Assembly (NCBI RefSeq): GCF_009914755.1
Contig: NC_060926.1
Direction: 5' to 3' (one strand)
DNA from: the human T2T-CHM13v2.0 reference genome, Homo sapiens
DNA: 64,000 nucleotides
The position numbers were made by a program, and so were the translations under genes. Under the pieces are notes generated by a model. It worked only from the letters and a program-made list of their open reading frames with translations, did not search any database and had not been told where the DNA came from. Numbering within the stretch: the first letter of the stretch is position 1; each line of letters opens with the position of its first letter. Below, piece after piece: positions 55,651 through 64,000 of this stretch.

Positions 55651-56228
55651 GTAAGGGCCCAAGGACAGCAATTCCTTCTGCCTGAATTCTCAGGTCAATG
55701 TCTTTCGTTCTTCTTTCCATTTCTTCTCTTCCTCATTGTAGACTTCCTAGTTCTGTACTATCTTGGTCTCTTGAATCATTAATAGTTGTTTATTTTCTTC
55801 CTTATTTCCAAAAATTTATTTTTCTCCCCCTTCCCTTTGTTTGATGGGGTTTCCTTACCATCCTTTTTTTAATGTGATGAAGAGGATCCCAGTGACCCCT
55901 CACTGTGCTGGACTTTGGTATATATTGCTGGGTATTTGATATTGGGATGGGGTTGGATCACAGACCAAGGAGAAAGCTCTGACATAGAGTAGATGCACAG
56001 TTATAGTTTATCAAGGGCTGACTAAGCTGATTGAAAATCATGCTTGATCAGAGTAAGATGGCCAGAGACAAGGAAGGGTTGTGCTGATGGGAGATGTTGG
56101 AGAGGGTCTACTGAAATCAGAGGGTCTATTTGTATTTTGTGGTGGTGAATGCTTTATGGCTGTTTAGAAATTTAGGGATCATGTCAAAAGATGTAAGATT
56201 ATAGTTTAGGCTTCTCTCCTCTGTTCAG

Positions 56229-56396
56229 AGTTGCTCCAGTAGCTTCACCAGCATCATGGGATATCTCTACCATGTCAGAAAATGTGGCAAAGGGGCTGCA
56301 GAGCTGGAAAAGATGACCCTGAAATGTCACCACTGTGGAAAACCATATAGGTCGAAGGCTGGACTTGCATATCACCTGAGGTCAGAGCATGGGCCT
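56229..56396 (+). CDS. ZNF512: ZNF512 exon 9 (end of an atypical finger plus C2H2 finger [24 protein letters not shown])
   Basis: gttcag| acceptor, CCT|gtgagt donor, 168 nt. Confidence 0.93.
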
Positions 56397-57004
56397 GTGA
56401 GTACTGATTCCTTTCTATACCCTGCGTGGGGATGTATTTCGTGGTGAGTCCTTACCCCTCTATCTTCCCATATGTGTTTGGTTCCTCATTTGTATCCTCT
56501 TTTAATCTCTGAATGCTTGTGTGTTGTCTCTTCTTTATTCGTTCTTTGTCCTTATTTCTGCCTTTTTAACATTATTAGGTTAGATAAATCAAAATTCAAA
56601 GTATAGTCCAGGCAGAAGTAAACTCATTATTATATATTTTATATCTTATATATTTTTATATAGTGTGTGTGTGTGTATATTTTTTTTTTTTTTTTTCTTC
56701 AAGAGACAAGATCTTGCTGTCTCAGGCTAGAGTGCAGTGGTGGGATCATAGCTCACTGCAGCCTCGAACTCTTGGGCTCAAGCCATCTTCTTGCCTCAGG
56801 CTCCTAAGTAGCCAGGACTACAGGCTTGCGTCACATGCCCAGCTAATTCTTCGTTTTTAATTTTTTGTAGAGACGGGGGTCTCATTATGTAGCACAGGCC
56901 AGTCGCAAACTCCTGGCCTCAAGTGATCCTCTTACCTTGACCTCCCAAAGTGCTGGGATTATAGGTGCGAGCCACCCTGCTCAGCCCATTATTTAATTAA
57001 TTAA

Positions 57005-57352
<348 letters not shown>

Positions 57353-58238
57353 TAGCTAGAGCTTTTATGGGCATCTGTCCAGCTGGTTCCTCTCATTTTT
57401 TTGGTTTAAATTTTTTTGTTCTCATTACATTTCCAAGGTTTCCCACCCTGTGGTTTCTTTTTTTTTAGAGTCATTTGTTAAGATACAATTTACACATAGT
57501 AATGTTTACCATTTTAGTGCATAATTATAAGAGTTTTGACACATGTATACAGTCATGTAACCACTATCACACTCAACACATAGACTAGGCGGGGTGCCTT
57601 AGCTCACACCTGTAATCCCAGCACTTTGGGAAGCTGAGGTGGGTGGATTGCCTGAGTCCAGGAGTTTGAGACTAGGTTGGGCTACATAGTGAGACCCTGT
57701 CTCTACAAAAAATGAAAAAATAAGCCAGGCATGGTGGTGTACACCTGTAGTCCCAAGTACTTGGGAAACTGAGGTGGGAGGATCACTTGAGCCCAGAAGG
57801 TTGAGGCTGCAGAGCTGTGATCATACCACTGCATTCCAGCCTGGGTGACAGAGTGAGACTCTGTCTCAAAACAAACAAAAAAAAGATGTTTTACAATTCC
57901 ATCACTACCTCAAGTTGACTTGTGTCCCTTTAGTCAGCCTTTTCCTCCAGCTACAGCCTCTGGCAACCACTGATTTATTTTCTGACCCTATAGTTTTACC
58001 CTTTTCAGAATGTCATATAAATTGAATCATACAGCATGTAGCCTTTCAGTCTGACTTCTTTCATTTACCATAATCCATTTGTGATTCATCCATGTGTTGC
58101 ATGTATCATTAGTTTATTCCTTTTTTTTTCTGACTAGGATTTCATTATATGGATGTTTCAAGTTTGTCGTTTATCTGCTTACCAGTTGAAGAACATTTGG
58201 TTGTTTCTAGTTTTTGATGATTACGAATAAAGCTGCTA

Positions 58239-58796
<558 letters not shown>

Positions 58797-59442
58797 TAAA
58801 GTGATCTGCCTGCTTTGGCCTCCCAGAATGCTGGGATTACAGGCATGAGCCACTGCACCTGGCAAAAAAGGTTTTTATGTGAAAATAAATTTTAATTTCC
58901 CTTGGGTAAATACTTAGGAATGAGATTTCTGGGTCATATGATTAATGTATATTTAACTTCATAAGAAACTGCTGCATTGTTTCCTAAAGTGGCTGTGCCA
59001 TTTTGCATTCCCCCAGCGAAGTATGAGCACTCCAGTTGCTTTGCATCCTTGTCTACATTTATTATTATCAATTTTATTTTTTGATCCATTCTAATAGGTA
59101 CGTAGTAGTACTTAACTGTGGTTTAAATTTTCATTTCCCTAATGACTAACGATGCTTAATCTTGTTGACCATCTTTGCATGTGCTTACTGGTGATTTGTA
59201 TGTCTTTAATGAAGTGTCTGTTCAAATCCTTTGTTCATTTTGAGGGGAAGATTTTTGTTGTCTTATTAAGTTTGGGATATATTCTGGGTTTTTTTATCAT
59301 TCCGGATACAAGTTCTTTATCTTTTTTTTAACATTGTCTTTTGAAGAACAGAGTTTTAAATTTTGATATAGTTTATGTATTTTTTCATTTATGGATAATG
59401 CTTTTTTATATCTAAGAAATCTTTGCTTAACTCAATGTATAA

Positions 59443-59571
<129 letters not shown>

Positions 59572-59754
59572 TAAGTAGCTGGATTACAGGTGCCCGCCAC
59601 CGTGCCTGGCTAATTTTTGTATTTTTAGTGAGATGGGGTTTCACCATGTTGGCCAGGCTGGTCTTGAACTCCTGACCTCAGGTTATCCGCCTGCCTCAGC
59701 CTCCCAAAGTTCTGGGATTACAGGCATGAGCCACTGTGCCTGGCCCTCAGTGTA

Positions 59755-60290
59755 TAATTTTCTGTTGCTACTGTGAATCACCACAAACTGAATGGCTTAA
59801 AACAACACACATTTATTATCTCACAGTTCTTTAGGTCAGAAATCCAGTTACAGGATGCTTCATCTGGTTCCTCTGCTTAGAGTCTCACCAGGCTGGAATC
59901 TGTGTCGGTAGGGCTGTTCTTTTTTAGAGGCTCTAGTGAGAGAACATGTTTCTAGACTCATTCAGATTGTTCAAGAATTCAGTTCCGTGCAGTTGCAGGA
60001 GTTCCTTTCCTTATTTGCTGTGGGCTAAGAATTCTCCCTTTCCAAAGGCCACCTGCATTCCCTGGCTCATGGCTGTCTTCAAGTCAGAGACAGCAGGTTG
60101 GATGTCTCTCATGCTTTGAATCTCTCCTGCCTCTTCTTCTGCTGGATCTGTCTTACTTAAAGTCAACTGATTATAGACTTTTATCACATTTACAAAATAC
60201 CTTCACATCAATACACTTAGATTTATGTTTGATTGACTAACTGATGACTGTATCCCAGCCAACTTGACACATCAAAAAACCGTCATACAC
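59755..60290. mobile_element. MaLR/ERVL LTR (MLT-type) inside an old L1 3' fragment (~57465-60440)
   Basis: accacaaactgaatggcttaaaacaacacacatttattatctcacagttct...gccaacttgacacatc. Confidence 0.7.
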
Positions 60291-60471
60291 AGGATCACAC
60301 GCATTTTCTCCCTTGCTGTCTTCTAGAAGTTTTATAGTTTTATGTTTTACATTTAGGGCTATGGTCCATTTTGAGTTAATTTTTATATATAGTGTGAGGG
60401 ATGGGTTAAGATTTGTCTCTTTGTATACGAATGTGTCTTTTAACCACTAAGAGGCCTTTTTTTTTTTTTGA

Positions 60472-60753
<282 letters not shown>

Positions 60754-60929
60754 TAAGAAGCTTTTTTTACCAGTAAAATATACATTAATATGGTGGAACT
60801 TGATGCTAGTGGTTAGCAATCTACTACATAGCTCTTTTGATATTTAGAGCAGGAAGCTCAGCCTTTAATCACTGGCTGTGATGGATGCCACTTATCAGGC
60901 CTGTGTTTTGCTGTGTCTCATTCTTGCAG

Positions 60930-61124
60930 ATATCCTTCTTTCCAGAGTCAGGACAGCCAGAGTGCTTAAAGGAGATGAACCTAGAGTCAAAGAGTGGGGG
61001 CCGAGTTCAGAGACGTTCTGCCAAGATAGCTGTATACCACCTACAGGAGCTGGCCTCTGCTGAACTGGCCAAGGAATGGCCCAAGAGGAAGGTGCTTCAG
61101 GACCTGGTACCTGATGATCGAAAG
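60930..61124 (+). CDS. ZNF512: ZNF512 exon 10 (ISFFPESGQ...LVPDDRK); gene continues beyond the window
   Basis: ttcttgcag| acceptor, AAG|gtaagg donor, 195 nt. Confidence 0.9.
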
Positions 61125-61932
61125 GTAAGGCAGAAACATGTATCAATTTGGGAACCATTATGTCTAACGTTGTGCCTACTGTACACAGAGAAGTAAATGC
61201 ACTTGAGGAAGTACGTGATAGGCAGTATTTTGTTTGTTTATCTTTGGAGATAGAGTACATCTGATCTAGCTTCGGTGTTTGGATTCAGTTAGGTTCTAGA
61301 GTGACAGTCTGTTTCATAAGTTCCTTAAAGAGCCCTCTTAATTCTGGACTACTTCCAGAGGGAACCTGAATTCTTAGATTAGATATTTGTGTAATGTGTT
61401 TTTGTTTTGCTAGGTCATATGTAGTAGTTTATATTTAGTTGAGATAAATGGTTTCAGTTTGTTTTGTAGTAACAGAACTCCTCTCCCCCGCTTTTTTCAA
61501 AATAAAATCCTATGCAAAACACCAGTATATAAAATAACTTAAAAACAGATTTGCTTTGAGTAGCTGTGAGTAGTGAGCCCAAAGCCTTGTCTACTTGGCC
61601 TTCTTCTTCTTGATACTTTTATTGTTCCCCTACACGGCCCCAAGCATACTTCTGAGGGGTGCAGAACCTGTTTGGAAGCCCTTGGATCTATTAGAATCTA
61701 TTAGAATAGATCATAGAAGAAGGGGCCTTATTTAGCCAAAAGAAGACAAGGATATATGACTATCGGATAGTCTTGGGAACAGGTTGAAGGGATACATAAT
61801 AAGAAGTAAGAGAGGAGCAAAGGGTCTCTTATTCTCCAGGGTATCAAGAAGTTCACATTTGGCATAGGGCTCTGACATATGTGAGAGGAATGTTATGTCT
61901 TATAAGAAAATAAGGCTGGGTACAGTGGCTCA

Positions 61933-62243
<311 letters not shown>

Positions 62244-62712
62244 CTAACACTTATGTCTTTTTTGGTCTAAAAATTAGTCCAGAGTGGTAGGTGTGCACTC
62301 CTGGTGGACACTACTGGTGTCCAAGGAGTTGGATTGTATTTTTGAATATTAGAGTATACTTTCTTGTTTTGGACTTATTTCTACATTTTTTTTGCCTGCT
62401 ACAGGCTAAAGTACATGGCTATCTAAATCCAATTTAAATGTGGGTTTTGCACAGTGATATTTATCTCATGATATTACAGTCAGGTTTCAGTACGCATAGG
62501 ATATCATAAGGAAATTTAAATATTTGTTAACTGGCTGGGCCCAGTGGCTCACGCCTGTAATCCCAGCACTTTGGGAGGCTGAGGTGGGTGAAACACGAGG
62601 TCAGGAGTTCGAGACCAGCCTGGTCAACATGATGAAACCCCGTCTCTACTAAAAATATTTTTAAAATTAGTGGCTGGGCACAGTGGCTCACACCTGTAAT
62701 CCCAGCAATTTA

Positions 62713-63118
<406 letters not shown>

Positions 63119-63333
63119 TCATCTCAAAAAAATAATAATAAAAATAAATAAATAAATAAATATTTGTTGCCGGGCGTGGTGGCTCACGCCTGTAATCATA
63201 GCACTTTGGGAGTCCAAGGTGGGCGGATCACGAGGTCAGGAGATTGAGACCATCCTGGCTACCACAGTGAAACCCCATCTCTACTAAAAATACAAAAAAT
63301 TAGCTGGGCATGGTGGTGCTTGCCTGTACTCTA

Positions 63334-63480
<147 letters not shown>

Positions 63481-63545
63481 TTAACTCATTGATAAAGTTG
63501 GGTATTCTCATCTAGCAGAGGCTTTCCTAAAATCATCAAATAGGT

Positions 63546-63621
63546 TATATATGTGTATATGTGTATATATATATATGTGTATATGTGTATATATATGTGT
63601 GTATATGTGTGTGTATATATA

Positions 63622-63685
<64 letters not shown>
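63546..63685 (+). repeat. Compound (TA)/(TG) microsatellite followed by poly(T)
   Basis: Direct inspection. Confidence 0.95.
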
Positions 63686-63686
<1 letters not shown>

Positions 63687-64000
63687 AGACAGCGTCTAGC
63701 TCTGTCACCCAGGCTGGAGTGCTGGCGTGATCTCGGTTCACTGCATCCTCTGCCTCCCAGGTTCAAGTGATTCTCATGCCTCAGCCTCCCAAGTAGCTGG
63801 GATTACGGGCACATACAACCATGCCTGGCTAATTTTTTGTAGAGATGGGTTTTGCCATGTTGCCCAGGCTGGTCTCAAACTCCTGAGCTCAGGCAATTCG
63901 CCTGCCTCGGCCTCCTGAAGTGCTAGGATTACAGGCGTGAGCTACTGTGCGTGGCCTGGTTTATATTTTCGACAGCGTATAGATAAAAGGCATTATTCTT

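Overview
Human (hominid) genomic DNA that I recognise as chr2p23.3, covering SPATA31H1 (formerly C2orf16) and the 5' part of ZNF512, both on the + strand. Bases 1-18.4 kb are repeat-saturated intron (old L1s, MaLR/ERVL LTRs, about 25 Alus, and a full-length young SVA with a perfect 17-bp target-site duplication, TSD). Three small exons (18423-18465, 19130-19184, 19375-19470) splice in frame onto a TE-free exon of about 16 kb (19821-~35815). Together they encode 5328 aa inside this window; the first exon appears to lie upstream. The giant exon is largely a coding satellite: roughly 250 degenerate 42-bp/14-aa units ([14 protein letters not shown]) with higher-order structure (an exact 336-bp 8-mer in four copies, and a 28-aa A/B dimer zone). 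It is followed by a unique Cys/His segment and about 48 copies of a 24-bp/8-aa RSPSERSH repeat. Its poly(A) signal lies about 400 bp before the ZNF512 ATG. ZNF512 coding exons 1-10 (377 codons) follow. Intron 2 holds a duplicated splice donor plus MER3, a fragmented old L1 and a 3'-truncated old-type SVA. Several small template-switch scars and a closely spaced inverted Alu pair are also visible. Coordinates of old repeats are approximate.
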